A DNA stretch of 64,000 nt from Oopsacas minuta (taxonomy: Eukaryota > Animalia > Porifera): positions 62,001-126,000 of the forward strand of contig JAKMXF010000044.1 of assembly GCA_024704765.1 (NCBI GenBank). The letters are read 5' to 3'. This document shows, one piece after another, positions 40,069 through 53,068 of the stretch; positions within the stretch are counted from its first letter, which is position 1; every line of letters begins with the position of its first letter. The notes below the pieces were generated by a model. That model saw nothing but the letters and a program-made list of their open reading frames with translations, did not search any database and had not been told where the DNA came from. The position numbers and the translations under genes are program-made.

Positions 40069-41649
40069 TCACTTTTTCGACAGTTATTTACCTGAATATA
40101 GTATTAAGTATCTTGAGTGAATAATAAGGTGTTGTTAAGGTATTTTAATCACACCATCTGAAGTTAAGTAGGAATTTTATCGGGTTAAATTTAATCCGTT
40201 TCACCACTATGTTTTGCATTGTATATTGAAATCGCATATACTGAGGATGGGAGTATTTCTGATTTCGATGACTAGTGGCTGGTATGATTTCACTCAATAG
40301 GTTTTCACACACCTATTATTATTAGATTAATGAATAATGATGCTTCATGCATATATATTAGCTAATGTTGAGGAATATTTGCTAAGTTGATATAATTGAT
40401 TTCAGTAAGAGGTAACTGACTTCACGTACTGGTCATTCAGCTCTCCATAAAGATTCTGGTAATAAAAATGTGCATTTTGTGAACTTTTTCATTTTTGAAA
40501 ATAACTGTTGATAGTCATTAATCATTGTATAGTGAATTTCTTTCCATCTGATTTCATCCGATCCCTTTCAGAAATTCACATTGTTGTGCCGGTGAGTGCT
40601 TGTTGAAATTCTAAATTTCAAACTAGTCAGGTGGATACAGCAAAAATTATTACAAAGTGGATAAAAGAATGGAAATTAGGAAACTTGTAATTTCGAGGCT
40701 CCTGAACTATATGAGGATGGAAACCACTTCGGCTGATTCATTTTCGACCCCATCTTGCACTATTAAATAACTGCTGTCTGATAATTTTCCGATACATCCC
40801 CCAGGGCCATCTTTCCAATGTCATCATATCACCTTTAAACAACAGATTCATACTTAGAGTCAAATGTTAATCCAACAATTTGAGGGGTCACTTGACCATA
40901 CTTGGAGATTTCTTCCGATTTCAACGTAAAGTGTAACTCAGGAATGTAACAACATTCCATTCTCAAATTTTTCCCCAACCCCGTCGAAGACTTTAGGCTA
41001 GGAGCATTTCTAGACAAAAATTCCTTGACTTGAAGGACAATATAATATTTGGCAAGTATATATATAAAATTAGATTTGTGATGGAAATAGCAAGAACCTC
41101 ATTTAACATAGTTGCCGCTGGTATTGAGATTCAGTTTAAGAAGTTCATTATATATTAAGAAAAGTTAAAGGAATAGCTATGAGAAACCAGAAATAAGTTT
41201 CAGCTGCATTCAGGTCTGTGTAGAAATCGTACTTTGGGTAAATTCGACGTCTCCAGGGGCGTTCATCTCTAATCACATAATTTGAATATCCTTCTATCCA
41301 AAATAATAATCTCGAGAATCCTGTACTCGTGTATTGAAATCTTGGAAACATAAGAATTTTGACAAAGATACTGTACTGTACAAGATAAATCCTGGAAAAT
41401 GGTCAAGCTAAGCTTGGCGAGCTGAATCTAGTTATGCCTATATCGACTTCAAAATTATCTAAAACACTGTTCTTCTAGATCCAAACTCCTCAATTTTCTT
41501 GATATTTCCTACATATTCAACGTCAAACCACGATGTTATCCTTTGTTTCGTTAATAATGGATAGCTATAAATTGCATTTATAGTATGGTGTAGATCTCGG
41601 TAACTGATGATTAGAGACAATCAACCGACTTCCCACTGTATACTATATA

Positions 41650-42966
41650 CAAGGGTGGCCCATAAGTTCTGTCCCATACTTTAATACATAACCATAGATT
41701 TTATGGTAAAGCTAGGTAATTGGTTTTGCGCTTCAAGCTTCTATATAGTCTTATAATTATTCTAAACTGTTCATCTTAACAGCTCATAGTTTTAGCTAGA
41801 CAAATTCCTTGATGGAAACGGAAAGGTTGACAATTATCGAATTATATCGAAAAGGGAAAGATCAAAGTGAAATTTTGAAAATTCTCAATATTCCTAAAAC
41901 GAGGCGAAAGTTTGTATACCGTACCATTAATAGGTATAAAGATACTGGCAGCGTCTCTGACAAGCCCAGATCTGGTCGTCCCGCATCTGTAACGACAACA
42001 AGGATGAGGAAGATCGTAAGAGGTCATGTATGGCGAAATCCCAGTCGATCCGTGAGAAAAATGGCAGCAGAGCTCAAGGTATCTCGTTCTTCCCTCCAAA
42101 GAATTGTCAAAAGAGACCTGGGTTTATCCTCATTTAAAAAACGTAAAGTACACTATCTTTCAAAGGTAATGAAGGAGAAGAGGCTGAAGAGAAGCAAAGG
42201 TCTCATTGACCGGTTCGCTATCCAAGGTCTTGATCATGTCTTGTTCTCAGATGAGAAATTATTTACGATAGAGGAAGCTTATAATCAACAAAACGACAGA
42301 ATATTGTCTTCTACAGCGTCTACCATCACTGAGGAGTACAGATATGTAAAAGAGTACAGAAACCATGTTCTGTTATGGTTTGGGCTGGAATATCTTCACT
42401 TGGCCGGACTCCAATAGTTTTCATCCCAACTGGGGTAAAAATAAATGCTCAAACTTACCAAAACCTTGTTCTAAAGCCTATAGTCAAAGATCTTAGCAAG
42501 TCGATGTTTAACAATGAACCCTTTTTGTTCCAACAAGACTGTGCCCCTGCTCATACAAGCAAATACCACTCAAAGCTGGCTTCACTCCGAAATTCCTGAC
42601 TTTATTTCCAAACAGGAATGGCCCCCATCTAGTCCGAACCTTAACCCTCTAGACTAGACTTCTCAGTTTGGTCTATATTACAAACAAAGGCTTGTTGTAA
42701 ATCCCATAAAAATTTGGAGGCCCTGAAGCGATCAATAATACGTGCTTGGAATGAAATCCCTCAGGAAACCATGCGAATGGCAGTAGAGGCTGTTCTTTCA
42801 CAACTTAGGGCTGTAATTAAGAAAAAAGGTGGATATATTGAATAAGCCTAATATATGATTATCCAAATAATGTGTACGTTATTGTGTTAAGATTTTAAGT
42901 CATTTCAGTTAGTTATGCCAAAATTATGATCTTTTATTTGTGGGACAGAACTTATGGGCCACCCTG
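41650..42966 (+). mobile_element. maT-type DD37D transposon, decayed
   Basis: TIRs CA(A)GGGTGGCCCATAAGTTCTGTCCCA with a TA TSD. Motifs are FSDEK, FQQD and WPPSSPNLNPLD. The ORF is frameshifted. Confidence 0.92.
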
Positions 42967-45651
42967 TAGAACATCGCAAATGCAAATTCACCAAATTATC
43001 TTTCAGGAATAAATCATAAATGTAGGCGAGGCTTAGCTAGGGTCGGCATAAGCGGCACTTGCCGCTCCTACAATTTCGTGTACACAGCATTTGTTTCATA
43101 GACATAGTTACAGGTATGGCAATGTCGCGCTTGCTGGCTGCTTCTAGTTTCGTAGAGTCCAACAGAGTCTAAAGTGGGATGTCAGGAAGCTTTTGCAAGA
43201 CTCAGCACCCCACTTCTGACAATTGTTACTTTCGTCCCTTTTAATTACCCTTCATGATTAAAATATATATTCAAACTGCCTACTCTTGGGGTTTTTCATT
43301 GTTTTTTACCCAGTTATGAGATATAAACCACTAGATTTTCATATGGCCTTCGATAAAGATGCTTCCTTCATAACATTTGTGAGGCACCTACCTTAGAATG
43401 ACATAAAACGGCCAGTTATAATGCAAACTACCCAATTTTGGGAAATTCTAATTGAACTTTGTATACAATTTCACTTAAAATTGCCTGTGGCTTACATCGA
43501 ACCCAAATTTGGGGGGTTCTACTGTACCGCAATATAAAGGGTGGTAAGAAATTGATTTCCTCTTTTGGAAAATGTATAAAACTGTTGTATCCTATCAGAT
43601 CTTCTTGTTGTGTTTTCATAAAGGATTCAAATATATGATCAATAATTTCAATAATAATAATCCACCGAAATTGCGAATTTCATAGTTGTCTAAAGATGAT
43701 ACTTTTCATGTAGTGTTTTGGTATTTATTTTAGCGATTTTTATTGGCGATTCGCCCCAGAATAATAAGTTTCCACGATTGTATAATTAAAGGATTTCATA
43801 TTCCTTTTATACCACAAAGTTACATATTCATGCATCTTTCACTTAGGTAACAACATAACCACTTTGACCCATATCATTAATTTAGGTTGTGAGCTGGGAC
43901 AATTTTTCCAAGGAGAATGTTTCAAGCATGTTTTGTGAAAATAATTTGGTCGCTCTACTACATTCCCGTATTGTTGAAACGAATCAATGCCTATCTATAA
44001 AACGTTTCCACATCTAATGCATTAAAAAAGAATTCATAATTGTAATTGATTTTGATAAGGATTACAATATTAGTTGGCATTGTTTTCGCAAGATGAATTG
44101 AACATAATAATCTAACAGGAAATCAATTTCTTAACACTCTGTAATTCCGCTCCCAGTAGTGTAACCGTCCCGATTTGGACACGTCTGATAAATCTTTGTG
44201 TTCTTTTGAGAGTAGATATTTACAGCATTTGACATATTATAATAAGTCTCATTAATTGGAAACGAACGAACAAACATGTCCAATAGATGGGTGTAGGGCG
44301 CCTTCAGTGTATTGGTCCTGGTCTTGCTATTCAAGGGAACTCGGGCGTTACGCCACGGCCCCCCTCCCTAAGCACAAGTATGAGATGTTAATATTAGCTA
44401 CTGTTTGATAAATTGAAATTCAGTCACCAGAGTTGTGGATCATATCAAATCATATTTTAGTTGAGACAAATCAATCAATGATATGAAAATGAATTTCAAA
44501 TTATGAAATCTACAAATCGTCAGTCACAGGATGGTAGTGTTGCATGTTTGATAAGTCAGTCGTCAATCTTCATATTCATAGGAATGAAATTAAATACATA
44601 TATGCAAGGTAACGATAAATGCAATAAACTCACATTGAACTTAACGGTAAAGATTCTTATCTGATTATATAGATACTAGTGAATGGATCAGACATTTATG
44701 AGCTAAGGTGCCGCCTGGGGGGCAGCAAAATGTATCCGCCGGAAGTGATTCCTTCCAAATATTGTTAAGGAGTCTCAAAAGAACAAATTTGACAATTAAC
44801 ATACCTTAATCCATAGGTTAATAATTTTTAGCTCTATCCACCAAGCCAGTTGAGAAATAATGAATGAAATCAAAGCCCTGTTGCGTAGGATTTGACCCGC
44901 AAGTAGCAATTGCAAATCAAGTAATATCAACATTTCATCCCTAGTTACATAGTATTCGCATTTATACATGTGTGACTTCCCAAATGCACACACTAACATT
45001 TACTTTGTTTCTAGATTCCAACATCAACACGTATATTTACCTTTGACATTTTTCAGTGTGGATGCGACAGAGTATGAAGCAATTCGTGGATACCTCCAGA
45101 CGAATATTATCCTACCAGAAATCAAGAGTGATCGCTACAGAAAGAAGAATTTTGTCAGAAAGTGCAAGGGGATTTACTTTCAAGAGATAAGCTAATGAAG
45201 GTATATTCCTGAATGATATTTTGATTTATACATATTTCCGGGGCATAATTAGAAATCTTGAGGTAACTACATAACTGCGAGGAGGCAGATATGTAGTTGC
45301 CTCATTAAATTAGCGTACCATAGGGAGATGAGCAGGACGAAAACGCTAGGGGGCTCCTCTGCCCCTCAATGCCACCTACAACCTCTGAGTTTAACTAAAA
45401 TAATTTTCTTGTAGATTTTCAGAAAGAAAAATGGCTGTGTGAAATACTTGGAGATTCCACTAGTCTCAGAAATTGGCAACATTATCGGATTCTATCACAA
45501 TGTCACTCATCCTGGAATCAATACTACCATTGATGGAATCCGAAACAAATATGATTGGAATGGCATATACAATGATGTTGGATCCTACGTGAGTTACTAA
45601 ATTACCTATTTCTTTCATATATGATTTTCCAAGAAAATATGGCTGAGAACA

Positions 45652-45733
45652 CAGACTTGCCAACCCTCCAGGGATCCCTGGATTACAAATTTTGAAAATC
45701 CAGGGAAATTTGCAAAAGGGGTTGTTAAGTCTG
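45652..45733. mobile_element. 82-bp mini inverted-repeat element
   Basis: CAGACTTGCCAACC...GGTTGTTAAGTCTG with direct repeat (TG)AGAACA on both sides and an internal palindrome CCAGGGATCCCTGG. Confidence 0.45.
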
Positions 45734-46364
45734 AGAACAGAATGTATTTTATAGTTTGAGGTTATTCACTTTGTAATTATTCTACTGTATACAGCTTTAT
45801 TTGTGCGATTGTAAAATTAATATTGTGCGATCTGATGATATTTAGTATACGGGTATACAATTTTATCATATGGAAATCTATTTGTACGGTCAACCAACCA
45901 ACTATGTATCTAACAACTAATAATCCTTGCGGTAGTTAGTAATTGGGATAGGTAGTGGGAGTATTACACGCAAACATATTTGCCACCCTGAGTGGAGAAA
46001 AAGCGGGACGAAATGCTAATTAGTGGGATATCTGGAGCGTAGCAAATTACATTAGACTGGACTACAAACTGACAATTAAATCATTTCCCGTTCTAGATCC
46101 GAACTTGCCATGACTGTCAAACCTCTGCTGCTCTACTTCCTCAGCCACAACGAAAGTTTCAACCTATTCTTCCTCCTGAAGAACCATGGTGTCATTGTGG
46201 AATTGATCTCATCTGCAATATGTCTCGCACTGTACTTGGATTTCAGCACATTCTTGTAATCGTGTGCTACCTGAGGAAATTTGTAATTACCCGACCACTC
46301 AAGACTAAAACTTTCAAAGAAATATTGGATTGTTTACAGGAAATTTATCTCTCATTCAGCGTAC

Positions 46365-47148
46365 CAGTGGCGGTGGATGGGGGGGGGGGGCGAGCGTGCG
46401 GTCGCCCCCCCCATCCCGGACAGAAAATATCCCAAAAATTTGATTATAGACTTACTACTATTGAGTCGAATGATGCACGCTATCTGGAATTTGTAAACAA
46501 TTGTATTTAATGAATAACAATATCTTGCCAGAATTGCTGTCCATATTCAAATATTGAAGTGCGAGGGGAGTACGACAGGTGGCTTTTGAAATGAAAGAAG
46601 ATCCCGAAAATCAAGCGACCGATATGTCCCGTCGAAGCACTTGCCGAATGTGATCAAGACTTGTATCCAGCTATCCATTCATGTTTAACAATCTACTGCT
46701 GCCTACCAACTACTACTGCATCAGCTGAGAGAACTTTTTCTACATTGAAATACCTCAAAAATTATTTGAGATCGAAAACATCTGAAAAAAGACTTAATGG
46801 ACTTGCACGACTCTATATCCATAAAGACATTGAAAAAATAATCGATACATTTTCACTTAAAAAACGAAATGTTGATTCTGTGTTGTAGCATTGTATGAAT
46901 TACTTAAGTATTTGTCACAGTTCCTATTACACATAACCTACTTGAGTTCAATTTTTTAATATACTATAATATGTAGACTATCTAGCACTGATACAATATT
47001 CCTAAAGAGTATTCTCTCAATCCAAAATGTGAGTGGATGATTTACTTTACACCCTAGGTGTGAATTAGTAAACAATTAGATCCCTATGTATTGGCAACCA
47101 CTTTGACCGCCCCCCCCCCCCTTGAAGAAATTCCTAGCTCCGCCACTG
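46365..47148 (+). mobile_element. Non-autonomous hAT retaining only the dimerisation-domain fragment
   Basis: TIRs CAGTGGCGG and CCGCCACTG. 8-bp TSD CAGCGTAC/CGGCGTAT. Motif LPTTTASAERTFSTLKYLKNYLRS. Excision restores the integrase frame. Confidence 0.9.
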
Positions 47149-47690
47149 CGGCGTATCTAACATCCTCCAACATCATCAGGGAACAGAATTCTCAAGCAAG
47201 GTAACTCATAATTTTACATACTCGAGATTAGTGATTGTAAATACACCAAGTAAATTATTCCCGATCACAATGCAACTTACTATATTGGATATACGTACGT
47301 AACATGTAGCAATGTCAATTGCAACATGTTACGGCTATATTTCAGAAACCGATGGCTATATTAAAGAAACCGTGTGGAAAATTGGATTTTAATTTATGTT
47401 AAATACTAATAAATAAGAATTTACGAATTGCTCATACTACCTTCGGGTGGAGAATTTACCTTATTAATCGTTTTATCTTTCTAACTATTGTTGTACAAGA
47501 CTAAATACATGCGCGTAGTAGATTGTTATCGTTCTCTTATTTACTTTCAAAATAGGAATTTCAAGAATTTCACAAAAAGATAAATGTCAACACCAGAAGA
47601 ACCACAGCATACCACCCACAAAGTAACGGACTTGTTGAGTCACACAACAAAATATTGAAAACGTGAGTATTGATGCTAAATAAGTATATA

Positions 47691-48604
47691 CAGTCAAGGG
47701 ACAAAAGTATTCGACCACACAAATATATTGTCATAAATTGTATACTCTTTCCCGCTCCTATATATTGTGTAGTCTATATTCGTAGCTGCAATCTAGTAAT
47801 TTCCATAGAATAACATATGTTTTTCAAGAATTTCAAAAAAATATTTTCGATTTGCACTTTTTGAAGGTGTTAATTGTCAATAATTATTAGATAATTATTG
47901 ATAATCAAATATGTGGTAATTCAAAGCCTATTAAGAATCTATAATTTCTGACTTGATATTTGAATTCTACGTAGGCGAGTTACCCCAGATTGAAATTTCC
48001 AATCGAATTGAACAACTTTTACCAAAGTTATAGAAGAATTTCAATTTGTGCCATTTGTGCCACCTTTTGCCCAAGGTGGCACAAGTGGCCGCTACCAAGA
48101 AGTTATTTTGTAATTCAAGGGTTAGCATAGTCATATCATTCGAAAATAGTACTTTGACTTATTCCTCCTAATCCTAGTTGATTTCCTTGTAGTGGCGCTT
48201 TTTCTTGCCACCTGTGCCACTTTTTCAAAAAGTGGCACAAGTGGGACAAATTGAAATTCTTCTATAACTTTAGTAAAAGTTGTTCAATTCGATTGGAAAT
48301 TTCAATCTGGGGTAACTCGCCTACGTAGAATTCAAATATCAATTCAGAAATTATAGATTCTTAATAGGCTTTGAATTACCACATATTTGATTATCAATAA
48401 TTATCTAATAATTATTCATAATTAACACCTTCAGAAAGTGTAAATCGAAAATATTTTTTAGAAATTCTTGAAAAACATACGTTATTCTATGGAAATTACT
48501 AGATTGCAGCTACGAATATAGACTACACAATATATAGGAGCGGGAAAGAGTATACAATTTATGACAATATATTTGTGTGGTCGAATACTTTTGTCCCTTG
48601 ACTG
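47691..48604. mobile_element. Foldback MITE copy 1 (914 bp, ~400-bp TIRs)
   Basis: Ends CAGTCAAGGGACAAAAGTATTCGACC are mirrored exactly, with TA flanks. The arms stay near-identical to about 48090/48205. It lies inside Ginger intron 47663-48691. Confidence 0.9.
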
Positions 48605-49717
48605 TATATATATTATAAGCCTAACATACGTTTAATACACGTCGTTTATAATTAGATAGCTTTGAATCAATTTAACACTTTTTACAAATAGAAAAATGAA
48701 CAAGATGCAATCTGATGGGGACACTGAATGGACAGAGAAATTACAGACAGCAGTACTAGCAGCAAATACTCAAACCAAAATCTCTACAAGCTACACACCC
48801 TTTTATCTCATGTTTGGGAGAGACTTTGATTCATCTAACCTTCTCAATCTTATCACTCCTCCAACTAACCACGGATTACTAACCGAAGCTGATATCTCAA
48901 AGGCAGAAGTATCAGAAGAGGAGAATATTCAAATCGATGCAAACGAACCACGCCCATTTGACTTTCCTATAATTGATAACGAATGGATAGAAAATCTTTC
49001 TTCCACACGTAAAGCTGACAGAATGACTGCTATTGAAAACATCAAGGCTGGTCAGAAAGTTCAAAAGAAAACATATGACAGCAAAGTTAAACACAAAGGC
49101 AAGCAATAAAGAGACACATTCTTGTTGTGATGTAACATGTTGGAATTTCATACATCATTTCTTACTAGAATTTAATTAAATTCACTGACTGTTGTATAAT
49201 CAGGTAAATATGAAATAGTCTTGAATCGGAACTAATTTATTGTTCCCTCAAATATATGAATTCTTAAATTCCAAAACACTTACTTTTAGTTATAAAATTA
49301 GCATCATTACAAACTGTACGTAATTGACACATTATAATTCTTTGTATAATCATTGTTTTAACTTTAGATCAGAATTTATGGAAGGAGATGAAGTACTTGT
49401 GCATAATATAAAGAAAGTCAAGCGACTCCCGGGAACAAAAGATACAAAGAAATATTTGGGACCATATACGATAGAGAAAGTTAAACCAAGCCACCTAGTT
49501 GCTCGCAAAGACCCAGATAGCAAAACAACAAAATCACCTATCCATCTATCAAGAAAATATCATTCTCGCATAAACGAAAAAAGGCAGGTTCGAACGAAGA
49601 CAGGCAAATCAAAGAAGCCCAAAGATCCTGCAAATTCTCTTCTACCGGTAAATATATTAGCGAGACAATATTGTACTGAACTATAACTAATTGACTCAAC
49701 CCATGGTTAAGTACATA

Positions 49718-52700
49718 CTCTAAGTCAGGGGTTTACAACCAGTGGGTCGTGGAAGGTAGGAATTTTTACTGAATTTCAGTGATTCTATTTCTATTAATTT
49801 GTGGTTAGTGTCGCATTGCGTAATTAGAAAATCTATAGTCATTATATGGCATCATTGTATTGATTATGAAATAACATAGAAGAAATAGAATCTTGAAGGA
49901 ATACATACAATTCGTGACAAGTCACGAATTGTAATGGCACGAATTGTAGGCCACGAATTGTAATGGTACGAATTGTATGTATTCCAAAATTGAAGTGTAA
50001 TATTTTATTAAATAACCTATGAAGTCCAGGCTTGTATGTACAACAAAGAATTATATAAAGACATTTCTAGGCCTTTCAACTTTAACAAGTCCTTCTAATC
50101 GTATTTTTACTTAAATGGCAACTAAACGTGCTCCAAGCGTGCTTACTCAGATGATTATCTGAAATTTGGATTTACATGTATAGCAATTGAAGGTATTGAA
50201 AAACCACAATGCGTGATATGTATGAAAGTATTATCTGCAGAGTCTATGAAGCCGTTAGAGCTTAAAAGACATTTTGAGAAAGAACATCCAACATATAAAG
50301 ACCGAGATGTTTCTTTCTTCCAAAGACAATCTCAATCTGTCAAGAAATCTAGACTTGATACGACAGGACAGACAGCTATCACTATAAGAGTCGCAGTTGA
50401 AGCATCATATGTTGTGTCACTACGTATTTCTAAATCTAAGAAACCCCATACTATTGGTGAAGAGCTAGTTTTTCTCTGCACGAAAGACATTGTGCGCATA
50501 ATGAATGGAGCAGATGCAGTAAAAAAAACTAAGTTCGCTGTCAATTTCAGATAACACTGTTCAGCGCAGAATTCAAGAAATGTCAGAGGATATTAAGAAC
50601 CAAGTTGTGGAGCAAATCAAACAGTCACCCATCTTTGTTTTGCAATTAGATGAGTCAACTGATGTTTCTTCTTGTGCTCAGCTGATGATATATGTACGTT
50701 ATATCCACGATTCTAACTTCAAAGAAGAGTTCCTGTTTTGTCAGTCACTTGATTCTCAAACACGTGGAATTGATGTTTTCAACAAAGTAGACACCTTTTT
50801 TGTAAAAGAAGGTCTCGATTGGAAATAAGGGGGCTGTTTGCACAGATGGCGCTCCTTCTATGTTGGGAAGCCATTCTGGGTTCCAGACACGCGTTAGACA
50901 GTTCGTCCCAGATGTGATAACAAATCACTGTATGATTCACCGAGAAGCTCTTGCAGCGAAGACTTTGTCAGCCTCGCTAAATGTTATCTTACAGGAGGTA
51001 ATTAAAATAGTCAATTTCGTTAAAAGTAGCGCACTCAACACTCGTCTCTTCAGAAATCTTTGTTTAGATATGGATGCTGCGCATATGAATCTGTTATATC
51101 ACACTGAAGTTAGATGGCTTTCAAAGGGCAATGTTTTGAAACGTGTTCTAGCCCTCAAGGAAGAAACAACAGAATTTTAAAACTCCCAAAGCGGACGCAT
51201 TGGCATGATGTATTCGAAAATCACGAATGGATTACTAGACTTTGTTATCTTTGCGATATTTTTGAAAGACTCAATACTCTGAACCTCTCATTGCAAGGTA
51301 AAGATAGTAATATTATGGATTTTGTAGACAAGCTTTCTGCCTTTCAAGCAATGCTTGACCTCTGGAGAGACAAGATAAATAGTGGTAGGATTACAGTGTT
51401 TTCTCACCTCTGTAGCTATGTTGAAGATTGCGAAATTAGTATCAGCGAAGCTTTGCATAGTGACATTGCAACGCATTTGCAATCACTTAAAGGTGAATTC
51501 TCTAGATACTTTCCAGAAACAACAAAATCCAAATTTAATCTTGTTCGAAATCCTTTTCTGGCCAAAATACATGACTGCATTCCTGATAACCACGATGCAG
51601 CACAGGAGGATTTCATCAAACTTGCAAACGATTCAGGAGCACAAACATTATTTTCAAGAGTTGATTTGCCATCTTTTTGGAGTTCTGTGCTTGGAAGCTA
51701 TCCAATAGTATCACAGATTGCCCTGAAGTTACTCATGCCATTCCCATCAACTTATTTGTGTGAAGCGGCGTTTTCTAGCATGCTAGTAATCAAAACTAAG
51801 GCTAAAAATAGACTTGATGTCCAACCAGATCTACGCTGCTGCTTAGGTATAACACAGCCTAGAATTCAAAAACTAGTTGATGAAAAACAACATCAAAAAT
51901 CACATTAAATAATCATGTGTGATAATTATTAGTATTGTAGATGTAGTAAATTTACATTAGAATAATATATACAAGTTAAGTAGATACATTTTGAAATTTA
52001 AGTTTTGGTTATGCCTTCATCGGGTGGGGCGCGAACGCTTTAAAAAGTTAGAAAGTGGGTCGTGGTCAGAAAATGGTTGAAAACCCTGCTCTAACTAGAC
52101 AAAAGTATTTCAACACACACTGAACATTTCATAAATTGTATACTCTTTCCCGCTCCTATATATTGTGTAGTCTATATTCATAGCTGCTATCTAGTAATTT
52201 GTATAGAATAACATGTTTTTGAAGAATTTCAAAAAAATACTTTCGATTACACTTTTTGAAGGTGTTAATTATAATAATCATTGATAATCAAAATATGTGG
52301 TAATTCAAAGGCTATTAAGAATCTATAATTTCTGACTTGATATTTGAATTCTACGTAGGCGAGTTACCCCAGAATGAAATTTTCAATCTGATTGAACAAT
52401 TTTTACCAAAGTTACAGAAGAATTTCAATTTGCCACACTTGTGCCACTTTTTGAAAAAAGTGGCACAGGTGACAGGAAAAAGCGCCACTACAAGGAAATC
52501 AACTAGGGTTAGGAGGAATAAGTCGAAGTAATAATTTCGAATGATATGGCTATGATAACCCTTGAATTCCAAAATAACCTCTTGGTAGCGGCCACTTGTG
52601 CCACCTTGGGCAAAAGGTGGCACAAATGGCACAAATTGAAATTCTTCTATAACTTTGGTAAAAATTGTTCAATCAGATTGGAATTTCAATCTGGGGTAAC

Positions 52701-52988
52701 TCGCCTACGTAGAATTCAAATATCATGTCAGAAATTATAGATTCTTAATAGGCTTTGAATTACCACATATTTGATTATCAATAATTATCTAATAGTTAAT
52801 AATAATTAACACCTTCAAAAAGTGCAAATCGAAAATGTTTTTTTGAAATTCTTGAAAAACATACGTTATTCTATACAAATTACTAGATAGCAGCTACGAA
52901 TATAGACTACACAATATATAGGAGCGGGAAAGAGTATACAATTTATGAAATGTTCAGTGTGTGTTGAAATACTTTTGTCCACTTAGAG
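49718..52988. mobile_element. Foldback MITE copy 2 (core inverted relative to copy 1), left TIR split by a hAT
   Basis: TA|CTCTAAGT [hAT] ..GACAAAAGTATTTCAAC on the left mirrors GTTGAAATACTTTTGTCCACTTAGAG|TA on the right. The arms are homologous to copy 1. Confidence 0.88.
49726..52088 (+). mobile_element. hAT transposon, Buster/ZBED5-SCAND3-like, decayed
   Basis: TIRs CAGGG(G)TTT.CAACC and 8-bp TSD CTCTAAGT/CTCTAACT. Motifs are KPHTIGEEL, LQLDESTD, HCMIHREAL, EVRWLSKG and PSTYLCEAAFS. Confidence 0.93.
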
Positions 52989-53068
52989 TATAAACTAGTT
53001 GTGTTCTGTACTGATTCGATTAATACGTAATAGTAATCCTACATTTCACATATTTATTATGTATTTAG

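Larger units (their letters stand above)
45057..49647 (+). pseudogene. Ginger spliced integrase: CxxC zinc site, D,D35E core and GPY/F module
   Basis: TCHDCQ..PWCHCGIDLI..FGVP..H(D>H)QGTEFSSK|EFQEF..TAYHPQSNGLVE..LKT|KMN..TPFYLMFGR..K|EFMEGDEVLV..LGPY. Phase-matched introns are 47201-47555 (GT-AG), 47663-48691 (GT-AG) and 49099-49372 (GC-AG). Splicing gives exactly 35 residues between the D2 position and E. Confidence 0.88.

Noticed and set aside
50332-51708. Small alternative-frame and antisense ORFs within the Buster hAT (similar ones occur in the foldback MITEs and DD37D elements)
   Set aside because: They overlap recognisable transposase frames or palindromic non-coding DNA and have no independent motifs.
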